Assembly (NCBI GenBank): GCA_964016885.1
Contig: OZ024756.1
Coordinates: 33,046,001-33,110,000, forward strand
DNA length: 64,000 nt
Source: Eledone cirrhosa
Taxonomy: Eukaryota
Direction: 5' to 3'
The notes below the pieces were generated by a model that saw only the letters and a program-made list of their open reading frames with translations, was not told the origin of the DNA and searched no databases. The translations under genes and the position numbers were made by a program. The stretch's first letter is position 1, and each line of letters begins with the position of its first letter. This document shows positions 15,423-28,315 of the stretch, in pieces.

Positions 15423-15426
<4 letters not shown>
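15202..15426. mobile_element. Fold-back element family A in (TA)n: perfect 68-bp arms, 3-nt loop, right arm extended
   Basis: 15202-15269 is the exact reverse complement of 15273-15340. Other copies or derivatives at 26755-26875, 33910-33955, 58411-58587, 61021-61072 and 63318-63362. Confidence 0.88.
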
Positions 15427-15454
<28 letters not shown>

Positions 15455-15458
<4 letters not shown>

Positions 15459-15647
15459 TTAATATAGATGAGATTCTACAGGACTAGAACTGTTTCATTC
15501 ATTAGAAATCATCAGGAATCATGATGATTTCTAATGAATGAAACAGTTCTAGTCCTGTAGAATCTCATCTATATTAAAACTTTTATACTCTGCTATGTAT
15601 TGAGTACCTTACTTACTGTGGTTACCTCCGATTCAACCCGGAATAAC

Positions 15648-15648
<1 letters not shown>
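15455..15648. mobile_element. Fold-back element family B in (TA)n: perfect 60-bp arms, 7-nt loop, hammerhead-like core
   Basis: 15455-15514 pairs with 15522-15581. Minus strand reads CTGATGA-TTTCTAATGAAT-GAAAC. Related copies at 33375-33412 and 38403-38520. Confidence 0.85.
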
Positions 15649-15708
<60 letters not shown>

Positions 15709-16931
15709 AAGTCTGTATGTATAATTCAATAGGCCTGTCTTGTAATGCAAGATTAAGATGTTGATTATCCATCAGTATTGGGTTAAGTTTGCTAGTATAT
15801 GTGAAATATATTGAGGAGATATCTTAATTAATCAATCAACTGGAATATTTATGTTGGAAACTAATGGTTGGTCAATTTAGCGTGCAGTTTGAGAAATGCA
15901 TCCTTGCAGCTTAAATAATTTATGTGTACATACGATAATATATATCTTAAAACTAGATTGGTCTGTTCTATAGGAAATGATTCCTCTGAGTGAAATTTCG
16001 AGTTTCTTTATGAGACACTGGAAGGTTGGCAAATTATTAATTTAATTTAACCAATACTATATACTGGTATGCAAGCTAGCCAGTCAAATTCCTGCCAAGC
16101 AATGCATAATATATGTCCTGTTAATTATATTTATTAAATCTACATTTCTAAAGTATTTTAATACCTGTCTTGGAATCTGTGTTTGGGAAAAAAAGGTGGT
16201 GTGTGTGTGGGGGGGGGGGATTGGGTGGTTGTGGGGGAGGGGTATTCGATTCCAAAATCAAGTTGTGCTGTAACATAGTGTGAATATTTCTATCAAGTTG
16301 TGAAATCTCTATCGTTTCTTTCTGTGTGGCTGTATATCTGTCTGTCTGTCTCTGTCTGTCTCTCCCTCTCTCTCTCGCTTCCTGTCTCTCCCTCTCTCCT
16401 TATCCTCTCTCTTTATGTTTTCTCTTTTTTCCTCTCTCATCTCTCGCTCTCTTTTCTCGTCCTCTCCCTCTCTCTGTTTCTTTCGTTCAGTCTCTCACAT
16501 ATATTTTTCTCTCTCGGTTTATTTTCCTTGTACCTATAGTTTTTTTGTTGTTTTTTTTTAAAGTCTGGTACTTACTTTATTTTTAAAGAAAACCAAAATC
16601 AAACAACAACTTTTCTTTCAAAACACCAAGTTGTTGTTGGAATATAGTTTGGTAATTATTTATAACAAGTTGTTGAATCAGTGAGGAAAAGTTAGAAAGT
16701 TAATATGAAATTTTTTCGATAATCTATGGGAATCTTGTGAAATCTATCCGGAAATGATTAAGATATTTTATTGCTGATCACGTCCATGGTCTTGTTATCT
16801 CAGTCTTCTACACTGAATTTCCAATAATACGAACAAGTAATTAGATTTTTTCGCGATCACTTTTGACCGCTATCCAACACTTACACAAAACATGAAAACA
16901 AATGCAACTAATAAGAGATGCAAATATAGAA

Positions 16932-16967
<36 letters not shown>

Positions 16968-17192
16968 TCACCACACATGCACAACACTAAATATACACAT
17001 ATGGGCAACACACACATACACAGACACACACATATATATATATATGTATTTCTATCTCTCCCTCGATCGCTTTTTTCTGTCTATCATATCTATCAATCAA
17101 TCTCTCCCTCACTCTCTCTCTCCCTCTCTCTCCCTATCTCTCTCTCTCCCTCTCTCTCCCTATCTCTCTCTCTCTACCTCTCTTCCGCTCTA

Positions 17193-17225
<33 letters not shown>

Positions 17226-18738
17226 TTATGCACGCACAAATTTATATGTATCTGCAAGCATAAAAACAAAAAAATATAATATTTATGTATTTTTCTTTAT
17301 TTATGTATTTTCCATTTATCTTTTCTCTCTTTCTCTCTCCCTCACTCCCTCTCTCCCTCTCTCTCACTCTCTATTTCTCTCTCTTCTTGTCTCTGTATCT
17401 ATCTATCTATATATCTATCTATCTATCTTTCTCTTTCAATATATATGCGCGTGTCTGCGTGGAGTGCGTATTTGGTGCACGTGCATGATTTCGTTTATGT
17501 GTGTGTGTGTATGTGCGGGTGTGTGTGTCGAAGACACATTTCCAAACACAAAGCTGCTGGCTTCATTCTTTTCCACATTAAATGCTTCTTCATACATATT
17601 TGCATTGTTGAATTTCAATATGTTTACATGTTTACACATTACTAACAAAGATAAATAAACCACATATTTATCTATTCATTCATTTATATTTTTTTTCTAC
17701 TATATTTTTTTCTTTATTTGCATGTGTGTTTTATTTCTTATTATCACTTGTGTGGATTTTTCTAAACACTTTTCTCTCCACCGGAGTATCTCATTCTCTC
17801 CTGTTCAATTTAAACAAGAAGATCAGATTATAAACGGTTGGATTACATTATTTATATTTTGTTGATTTAATCTCATTTGTAAAGGTTTAGAAATATGTGG
17901 AGAAACTAAAACACGTTTCCATGGTATACGTGCTACATATACATTGTATATATATTTTAATTTTAACTTCAAATTTATATATTTTCGTTCATATTCCATG
18001 TGTTGTTTACGTTATTTTTGAAAATCCTGCTCAAGCTTTCGATAGCGATTAAATGATTTCAGCGAAGGAAAAGTTGCTTGTAGGTATTTGGTGTTATTAA
18101 GATAAGATTTACTGTTACTTGTTGTCACAGATAATTCACTATTGTCGTTATTTTCCTTGTTTTTATTGTTGTTTAATTCTCGTGTTTCCCTGAAATGTAA
18201 ATATACATATTTCAAACTCTATAACATAATTCACACCTCCATTAATCACCTTATACATCGGATTTCCTAAAATATGTGCTGAGCATATACACCATATTGT
18301 CTAATAAATGTGTTGCTAAGGTGTAAAAGATACCATATTTGCTTAAAGTACCACGGCTTCGTAGATTGCTAAAATCTAATGCAGCATTAATTATCCTGTA
18401 TTTCACTCTTAAGTATATTTCATGCCATAGAAGATTTTTCAATGTTTTTACTTGTTCTGAGAGAAATAGTAACCTGATAGGAAGTAGCGGCATCACAACC
18501 TTCTTAAAAGAAGCAGAAGCTATTAGAAAATATGTTACTGTTTATACACGGTGCCTAACTCTTCCCATTGACCAAGTGCTCAAAACCCTTGGGCACTTAT
18601 ACCAAGTGTGTACAACAGTATATATATATATATATATTTATATATAAATTTATATATAAATATATGAATATATGTATGAATGTATACATGTATTTATGTA
18701 TTTATGTATACATATATATGCATATATATGTATATATG

Positions 18739-18785
<47 letters not shown>

Positions 18786-18902
18786 TAGTTAAGCAAAACA
18801 AGACCACGAATTTCACAAGGAAGACATTATTAGAAGATTGTCAACATATTTTAGTTTGATGTCAGGAATGTAGAGAATAATAATAATAATAATATTAATA
18901 AT

Positions 18903-19089
18903 AATTGTTTCTACGTTAGGCACAAGGCCAGCAATTACCCATTGCATTACTGGTACTTTATTTTATCGACCCCTTAAGGATGAAAGGAAGAGTCAACCTG
19001 GGCGGGATTTGAACTCAGATCGTAAAGGGACGTAACTATGCTCGAAAGCATGGCGTCCGACCCTCTACCGATACTGCCAATCGACCGCC
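18903..19089 (-). mobile_element. tRNA-derived SINE, full length, with (ATT)n tail
   Basis: Colinear with 2193-2379 and flanked by TAA repeats. Confidence 0.92.
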
Positions 19090-19497
19090 ATAATAATAAT
19101 AATGTCCGTTTACAATTGTTTCGCTACTCCATATAATATTTCTGGATCAGATGACTATATATCATTATTGATCTGGTTCAGTTGAAAATAATTAACATAT
19201 TTAAAAACAGAGCGGCTCATCGGAACTTCAAAGGAATATAAATTAAAATAAGGAGAGAATGTTACATAATGTAATGTTCCACATATTGGTATTTCACTAT
19301 GGTGTCCTGGTTGTATCAATCTTACTTGTGAAATGTGTGGTCTTGTTTTGCTTAACTAATGAATATTTTCAGCTCTGCGCTCCTAACTTCTGCATGAACC
19401 CAGCCACCTAGCTGCTCTCTACTGCATATTTCACATGCTATATATATTTCACTGATAGCCATTATTGACTATAACCTCATCAGGCATTAAGAATTTA

Positions 19498-19540
<43 letters not shown>

Positions 19541-21239
19541 GAAAACAATTTAAACCCTCAACTTTGAGTTGCATTTGAATCGCAAGTAAGACATTTTTCT
19601 TTTTATAAATGAGTGGAGTGAAACAATGGGAAGTAAAATGTTCTTCTTACAGGCTGAAACACGCCACCGGGACTCGAACTGACGTTCTTACAATCATAAT
19701 ACGAACATTGTAAACACTAAGTGAGGTGTCATCTAATCTCAGCTTATATTATGTTGTATATTCACCACTTTTGCTGAATATATTGCTACATATTCACACT
19801 ATGTTTGTTTATTATGATACATATTCACAACGCTGGATGTATATTATGTTGCTATCATTTGTCCTTGACTGAATGTTGATATACAAATTCGGAATTCATT
19901 GAATTAACAGATGCTTAATTTAATTTGTTAAGAGCAATTAATAATTAGCAATACTGCGTTGTTTACTGCCAATTGTTTTCTTTGGTTGGTCTCTTCACGT
20001 GATTAACAGATTATTTAGAATGTATTCGAACCACTTAATTAAATACATTAATTTGAAGTCGATGCATATTATTTAACCAATTACTGGCGGTGTCTGTAAT
20101 TATTTTTTTTTTATATTATTGGTGACTTTTATTATTCTCATGTTTATGTTTGTTATTTTGTTATTTTATTTCTTATCTGGTCTTATTCTTTGGACTACAG
20201 TCATACTGTGGTAGTTTATTGATTGTTAGATCCGATTAGACTGATCCTAGTAATATTACATAGATCTGTAATTGTTTAAAGCTTTGTCATAACTCTAACG
20301 AAAGCCGAAAATAAGAGTCCACTGGATAGTATTAATTTTGTAATATGACTTGACACTCTTCTCGCTTTAGAAACATATTTTATCTCATATATCTCAAGAT
20401 TTTCTAACAGAATGTTTCAAGTATATCGTATTAATTTTCCGATACACAACTGCAAAGAATATCAATAATATATCTTTAAGGTCTCTGTCTCAAGCTTGCA
20501 TAAAATTAATAAATTTACCCTAATTAATTCTTACCAAAGAAACAAAACTAGACTGAAACAAGAACTGTGTACGAATAGTTGAAATAAACTCTAAGTGAAT
20601 TAAATAAAGTGGAAATAATATAATGTATCCTATTCGTTAACGGAAGAATGAATTTTCAAGAATACCCTCATTTGCGAGGATAAAATATACGGCCAATATA
20701 AAAATTAGATTACAATTACATTATTTCTTGTTTATTATTAATTTTCTTGTGCATTCACACATGTATATATACATACAACAAATGAATCTATGAACTGAAA
20801 GCTGCAATAAAAGTTAAAAATTACGTAAAGAAAACAAGTAATCTCTCTCACCAAGGTTTGATTGTAAGTGACAGAAACGAGTTATGTAAAGTAACACTAT
20901 AAGTATTTGTAAGCATATTTTCGTATATTGCCTTCTTCAAAGAATATCATTATGATAACAAAAAATAACCATTTCTTTCGAGGATTTACTTCCACTTACT
21001 GAGAAAATATAATTATGAAAATCAAATGAAAAGTGTAGTGGAATGAAAATACCATATCTTAAAACGACAAAACAAGATGTAACTGGGGAAATGGAATGTA
21101 ATATGTCCTCAATATTTTGCCATAATAATATTATATTTATGATTATATTGGAAATTAATTTGTACATTCGATTTGTTGAAGTACTAATACGCAGAAAAAC
21201 GTACACACTCATACACACTCGGACACACAAACAGATATA

Positions 21240-21302
<63 letters not shown>

Positions 21303-21305
21303 GAC

Positions 21306-21352
<47 letters not shown>

Positions 21353-21379
21353 CAGATACACACACACATATATATATAT

Positions 21380-21443
<64 letters not shown>

Positions 21444-22734
21444 GGATATATATACACATATATATAAATATATATATAGTAGTTTTTTTTCCCGTTCGAA
21501 TGTTAAATTATCCGTATGACGAGTTATGACGAGTTATCAATTAGAACTGTGACGCGATATCAATTAGATTCATGATATATGTCAAACGACATATAGAAAT
21601 GTAAAAATTTGATAAATGCTTTGTCACTTTCCATTAGGTTTGGCAGTTACATGTGTCAATGAACACCTGTTGAACTTGTATAAAAACTCGAAATGCTGTT
21701 CACATATGCAGACTTGATATTAGACGTCTAGTGTTTAACTAACAATACATTTATCCAATGAACAAGAGAGCTTACACTATGGAGAATATGAATTTAAATA
21801 GAGCCCCTCTCCGTAATTATAATATCATGAAAATATCGTTCTGGATAGAACAATAAACTAAACGACCCCTCCTGTTATGATATATAATGAACGCCTTGCT
21901 CTAATTTGAAATATGAGTTACTGAATTTAATATTTTCCTGGCGACTAGTAAAACTTTTGTTGGAGATTGTTACTACTTAGAAAGTAAACATAGTTTTAAA
22001 GCCACACGTTGGGTTTATACTCATCTGCTTTGGCTAGTGATAAACTGTAACTTTGCGTTGTAATCTTTCGTTTAGTGAATAAAGAAATCTAATGGGAAGT
22101 TTCACTTATATCTTAACGAAGATGCCGTGATGCATAAGGAAGTAAATAGAAAGTTGAACATGTATAGACATTGTATAGACATTAATTGTACTTTAATTTT
22201 AAGTCTGATTCATCCGACTGCAAAATGTATGGGTATTAGATGCGTTGAGTGAATGAACAAGACCTCCTTCCCATTTAGTACTAGGTCACAGCTTACTACA
22301 GGATTGTTCCTACCCCAGCTGAATGAACTGGAATATAATAGAACAAGGTGTGTGTTTTTTTTTCTGAAACCACCATTCTTCCATATGTTTCGAAAATCTA
22401 GGTCTCAATTGTAAGGTCCCAGGAATAGTGCTTGTACGCTCAAGTTATTCGGGACCCATCAACTTAATTACAAAAGACATGCATAAATTATTGGAGAACA
22501 TCAGTCACTTCCGACGACGAGTGTTGAAAGTTTCGAAAAACAGAATTGTTTACACATGACAATTTCATTCACCTGGATAAGCATTCCAGAGAAACGAGCA
22601 CCCTAAAGATAATTCTAGATGCAATAAAGCTAAACACAAAATATGAAGAGGCTAGATCTTTAAATTAAAGCTGCCACTCACGTTTATACATATAAATGGG
22701 TTGGAACAGCATAAAATTAAGTATTTTCCTCAAA

Positions 22735-22955
22735 TAATGGTTTCTTATATAGGCACAAGGCCAGTAATTTGGTGGGAGGGGAAAATCGATTAAATCGAAC
22801 TCAGTGCATGACTGGTACTTTATTTTATCGACACCATAAGGATGAAAGGCAAAGTTAACCCCACCGGGATTTGAACTCAGATCATAAAGGGCCGTAACTC
22901 TATGCTGCAAAGTATGGCGTCCGACCATCTACCGATACTGTCAATCTATCACCCT
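22735..22955 (-). mobile_element. tRNA-derived SINE, long-spacer variant, with probable TSD
   Basis: Colinear with the family. TATTTTCCTCAAATAATG occurs on both sides (about 22722 and 22956), consistent with a target-site duplication. Confidence 0.9.
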
Positions 22956-24508
22956 TATTTTCCTCAAATAATGACATGCAGTCGATGATGCATCTCACCA
23001 CCATACGTTCGTAAGCCGACCACACTAACCATTAAGCCACGCAACTACTGTCTTGTCAGTAATAATGATATGACTACTGAGTTATTACATGGAAACATTG
23101 CCGCTGTAAAAAGAAATATATAGAATTAAACTGCACCTTTCACTCCTCATCACATGATTGGGAAAATTCTACCAAAATACAATGAAATAATACATAGACA
23201 AATAAAATTACTGAGTGACAAATAGGATACTTTAGAAATAAATCAAAATGATAAATTGCTGAATATGTGCTTCTATTCCTATATTTATCTTTCATCTTCA
23301 AACAGACAAATATTTAGCTCTGAGTAATGTATATGCTGCGGGTAACCAATGCTTTCACAATGGTCTCTTCGTTGCTTCACTAATTTATTTAATTATATTT
23401 TTCTTGATTTGCTCTCCACACTGTAGTGTGCCATATGGAACACTGTAGATTAATGTATTTTACCGATACAAATTATTGGAATTGTGAAAGATACGAGAGT
23501 AAATATGTAAGAGAAAGAGGCTACTGTTGCATTCCAAAATGGTGATGTTTGTTAGTTTATAACTTGAGATAAAGAGAATTAGAACATGAAAATATTACAG
23601 GTGTTGCACTGAGTCTTAAGAGGAATTGGCATGATTTAGTTTACTGGTGTTCTAAGATGAAATCCTGACGAGGGGAATGTTGCGATTCATCAAACTAGGT
23701 TTCATCACTTGACAATGTAGAGCTCTAGATTTGTGGAAATGATACGTTGATGTATATATTCGTTCGTCAAGTATGAAATTTATAGGAATTTGTAGAAAAA
23801 AAATTCTACAAATTTGGCGACCTAATATTTAGGTACTTTGCATTTTGCGTTCAAATCTTACAGAGACCAAATTTACGATCACTACTCCGGAGATTCGATT
23901 AATTAGACACTTATCTATGTGGAGAAATTTGCTGGTGTTGTTAGACTACGGCCCGCGATGCCCTGTTCTCTCGATCCAGAGCTCAGTTACATAATGTGTT
24001 ATTCAGTTTAACTACCTCTATAGCTGCAGTATTCAAATTTGATGAGTTACTATTAGATTGTTTTTTGTAAATAAATTTATATTGAAACATATATGAATGA
24101 GGAATCTTTTAACAACAACGTATAGAATTATTAAGTATAGGTAAATATACTGGCGGCTAATGTTAACAAATATTAGGCATGAGATATGAAGTTGTAAAGT
24201 ATTTTACGATTGATACTATCGTTAGAATTGGTACAGGAAATATTTCCCCATCTGAAATCGTCAATTGTATGTCTGTATAAATAATAAATAATATATATAT
24301 TATTATTAATATATATATTAACTAATAACTAATATATATATTATTATTAATATATATATATATATATATATATATACGCACTTATACATATATATACTGT
24401 TATCTTTATTTCAATTATTATTGATATCATCATAATCATCAACATCATTAGCTATACGTTTCTCTTCACACACAGTCACACATAAATGTATACATACATG
24501 CATTCATA

Positions 24509-24586
<78 letters not shown>

Positions 24587-24694
24587 GTGTATGTGTGATG
24601 TGTGTGACATGTTATGTCATGTGTATGCATACATACAAGCACATACATTAATATATAAATAAACAAAGAATGTATCAAAGAAAATGAAACGATG

Positions 24695-24756
<62 letters not shown>

Positions 24757-25034
24757 CATACATACATATATACATGGCTATAAGAAACACAACTATGCTG
24801 TAGATATACTTCAGATTATATTTCCTGAATGGTTTAGTGCAGTGTTTTTTTCTGATGTTCACCTGCAATTTCATTCTTGGCAATCGTATGCTTTATCACT
24901 TAAGTGGAAAATCACTGAGGGTAAATGCTGCTCAATTTCTTCAACCCGCATAATGCTAGAAGTTACTGAAGCAGAAGTAAATCTAAAACGTTTATCCGAG
25001 ATAAAACATACTAATCTGATTCAGATCTGTTTGT

Positions 25035-25137
25035 GTTCAGTAGAAGTAGTAGTATTTGTTGTTACAGTAAAGTAGTAGTAGTAGTAGTAGTAGCAGTAGT
25101 AGTAGTAGTAGTAGTAGTAGTATATGTTGTTACAGTA

Positions 25138-25235
<98 letters not shown>

Positions 25236-25250
25236 TATGTTGTTACAGTA

Positions 25251-25292
<42 letters not shown>

Positions 25293-25390
25293 TAGTAGTA
25301 GTAGTAGTATATGTTGTTACAGTAAAGTAGTAGTAGTAGTAGTAATAGTAGTAGTAGTAGCTGTTGTTGTTGTAAAGTAGTAGTACTAGT
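25035..25390. repeat. (TAG)n microsatellite punctuated by a repeated 20-bp linker
   Basis: TATATGTTGTTACAGTAAAG recurs at about 25052 (variant), 25121, 25234 and 25308, between variable (TAG)n runs. Confidence 0.92.
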
Positions 25391-26070
25391 AACGGTTGTT
25401 GTTGTTATTATTAGCTGCTGTTGTTTCTGTTGTTGTGATTATGCAGTTGTTTCTGTTCATTTCTTTTTTATTTTGTTCAATGCAGGCTGGCTAGCTACTT
25501 AATAACTAAGAGAATCTATGATCTTTCTCTTACATATCCTTCCTCTTAAATGCAATAGCAAAGTATTGTTAAGTCTCATACATTTCATACACTCTCATCC
25601 AACCAACCAACATCCATACAACCCAACAGTTTCAAGCGAGCAGGTGTTCGTTAGATCGAATATCCAGATAAGCAGGTTTATTTAGAAGAAGATTACAAGC
25701 AAGAGTTAAGTGTTTAAGATGAAATGACTTAATAAATGTGTGAGTACTTGTGTACATATGTTGTTTTATTCGATTTCATGCGCTCACCCTCTCCCAGTGT
25801 TACGTGTTAATTATTAAACAATTTAAGCTATGAATAAATAGTGATAAAACGAATATGAGTGTTTGTATATTTTCTTGTAGACATTTTGTCTGAAATTGTT
25901 TATCAAATGGGAACTGCGTATGTGAAAAGGTGTTCGTGTGTATCAGTTTTAGATTTATTTTCTTGTGTCTGTTTAATATGCAGTAAATGAAGCAAACGGT
26001 GTTGGTTGTCAAGAAAATATGGTATTAATATAGACTTTGACTTAGAAATAAATAGCTATTTTTATATAAA

Positions 26071-26243
26071 TAATTGTTTCTACTTTTGGCACAAGGCCAG
26101 AAATTATCGCAGTGTATTACTGGTACTTTATGTTATCGACTCCGTAAGGATGAAAGGCAAAGTTAACCCTGGCGGGATTTGAACTCAGAACATAAGGGGC
26201 CGTAACTCTATGCAAAAGCATAGATCCTGCCAATCCACCACCT
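26071..26243 (-). mobile_element. tRNA-derived SINE with an internal deletion
   Basis: Family tail, central domain and B box present. Possible TSD TTTATATAAATAA on both sides. Confidence 0.88.
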
Positions 26244-26440
26244 TGTGTTTATATATAAATAATAAAAATAATTTCCAATTTAGTCAGGAGGCCACCAATT
26301 TTGAGGGTGGAGAAATAGTTTATATGAACTCCAGTACTCAACAGATATCTTATAGTATCGCTCCACGAAAGAATGAAACGCAAAGGTGTCCTATACTACA
26401 CATGAAACAATTCTAGTCGTGCTGACATCATGTCCATAAT

Positions 26441-26491
<51 letters not shown>

Positions 26492-26627
26492 CAAAGGAAA
26501 TGTGGTAAGGAACCAGATGGACCATAACGCACCAGAGTACTCAATACTTAGAGTAGTAGAGTGGGAAGTAGGAAAAAGTATGACCCCGACGGCAGAGCTC
26601 AAGCCGTTTCGGCGGCTATTTCTGGAC

Positions 26628-26875
<248 letters not shown>

Positions 26876-26884
26876 TATATATAA

Positions 26885-28003
26885 ATATGAAAACATGGCG
26901 TGCTGCGTGGTTGCATATGGGTTACATATGAATAAATCTAGTCCTTCATCAGTGATCTTCCAACCTTCATTGGTATTTCATCGCTTTAAAGACCATATAC
27001 CACCGGTTGGTGCGAGCAACGGCTAAAGAAAGTCGTTGGGACACGTACATAAGGGGAACGAGCGAGGCAGTAAACAATCAAAGATGGTAATGCAACGAAA
27101 AGTGAGGAAGAAGGAGTCAAGTCCCTGAAATCGATGAACATAAGTTTTGTGAAATCGTAGACGTGAGAGGAAAATAAAGACCATACGACCTGGTGAACTG
27201 TGCGCGAGGAAAGAATCTCGCACAGGTCAAACGGGAGGAAGTAGGAGAGGGAGTAGCAGAGAGTGAGTGTGTGAAAGTGTGAGGAAGAGGCTAACAGAGA
27301 GAGTGACTGTTAGAGGGGATAAAAAGGAAGTGAGAGATACAGAGAAAAAGAGAAAGCAGTAAGAAAGAAACAGATAGGTCAGAGCGGAGGAAAATATATA
27401 TATAAATATGAAAACATGGCGTGCTGCGTGGTTGCAAAAGGGTTACATATGAATACATCTAGTCCTTCATCAGTGATCTTCCAACCTTCATTGGTATTTC
27501 ATCGCTTTAAAGACCATATACCTCCGGTTGGTGCGAGCAACGGCTAAAGAAAGTTGTTGGGACACGTAAATAAGGGGAACGAGTGAGACAGTAAACAATC
27601 AAAGATGGTAATGCAACGAGTGAGTCCCTGAAATCGATGAACATAAGTTCTGTGAAATTGTGGACGAGAGAGAACAAAGACCATCAATGACTCCTTCTTC
27701 CTCCCGTTTGACCTGTGCGAAATTCTTTCCTTGCTCACATTTCGACCAGGTTTGATGGTCTTTGTTCTCACTCGTCCACGATTTCACAGAACTTATGTTC
27801 ATCGATTTCAGGGACTTGACTCCTTCTTCCTTACTTTTCGTTGCATTACCATCTTTGATTGTTTACTGTCTCGCTCGTTCCCCTTATTTACGTGTCCCAA
27901 CGACTTTCTTTAGCCGTTGCTCGCACCAACCTGAGGTATATGGTCTTTAAAGCGATGATATACCAATGAAGGTTGGAAGATCACTGATGAAGGACTAAAT
28001 TTA

Positions 28004-28010
<7 letters not shown>
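26885..28010. mobile_element. Penelope-like remnant: two direct copies plus one inverted copy of a ~300-bp unit
   Basis: 26885-27240 and 27405-27715 are direct repeats. 27735-28010 is the inverted copy. Each carries GAAGATCACTGATGAAGGACTA near its end, and (TA)n flanks the cluster. Confidence 0.7.
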
Positions 28011-28034
<24 letters not shown>

Positions 28035-28037
<3 letters not shown>

Positions 28038-28124
28038 CTTAGTGTAGATCCCGATAGAGATTGAACCCCAGACCAGGATATTCACCGTCTATCATACCTA
28101 CCACCAGGCCACGGAGACGGCGGC
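28035..28124 (-). mobile_element. tRNA-like SINE head fragment within (TA)n
   Basis: Minus strand has A box GTGGCCTGGTGG and B box GGTTCAATCTC at tRNA-like spacing, but no clean cloverleaf. Confidence 0.5.
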
Positions 28125-28279
28125 TATATATATAAGTGTATGTATGTATGTATGTATGTATGTATGCTTGTATCTATGTATTTATGTATGTATGTGCATA
28201 GGTAAACGGAAACGACAAAGATACAACACAGCTCAATGAAGAGATATATTAGTTTAATGCTTACTATAGTAGGAAAAGT

Positions 28280-28315
28280 GGTTTAAGTTTTCGGCCACTA
28301 GTCCCTTATCAGAAG
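28280..28315 (-). ncRNA. Degenerate hammerhead-like motif (Penelope pLTR relic)
   Basis: Minus strand reads CTGATAAG-GGACTAGTGGCC-GAAA, with one core mismatch. Resembles CTGATGAAGGACTAG of the 26885-28010 unit. Confidence 0.4.

Noticed and set aside
27023-27950. Similar short ORFs (FHRTYVHRFQGL...) suggesting a small gene family
   Set aside because: They result from the triplicated repeat unit, with no consistent start or frame and no known motif.
28035-28124. Functional tRNA gene
   Set aside because: A and B boxes are present but the acceptor and anticodon stems do not pair cleanly. Better explained as a SINE head.
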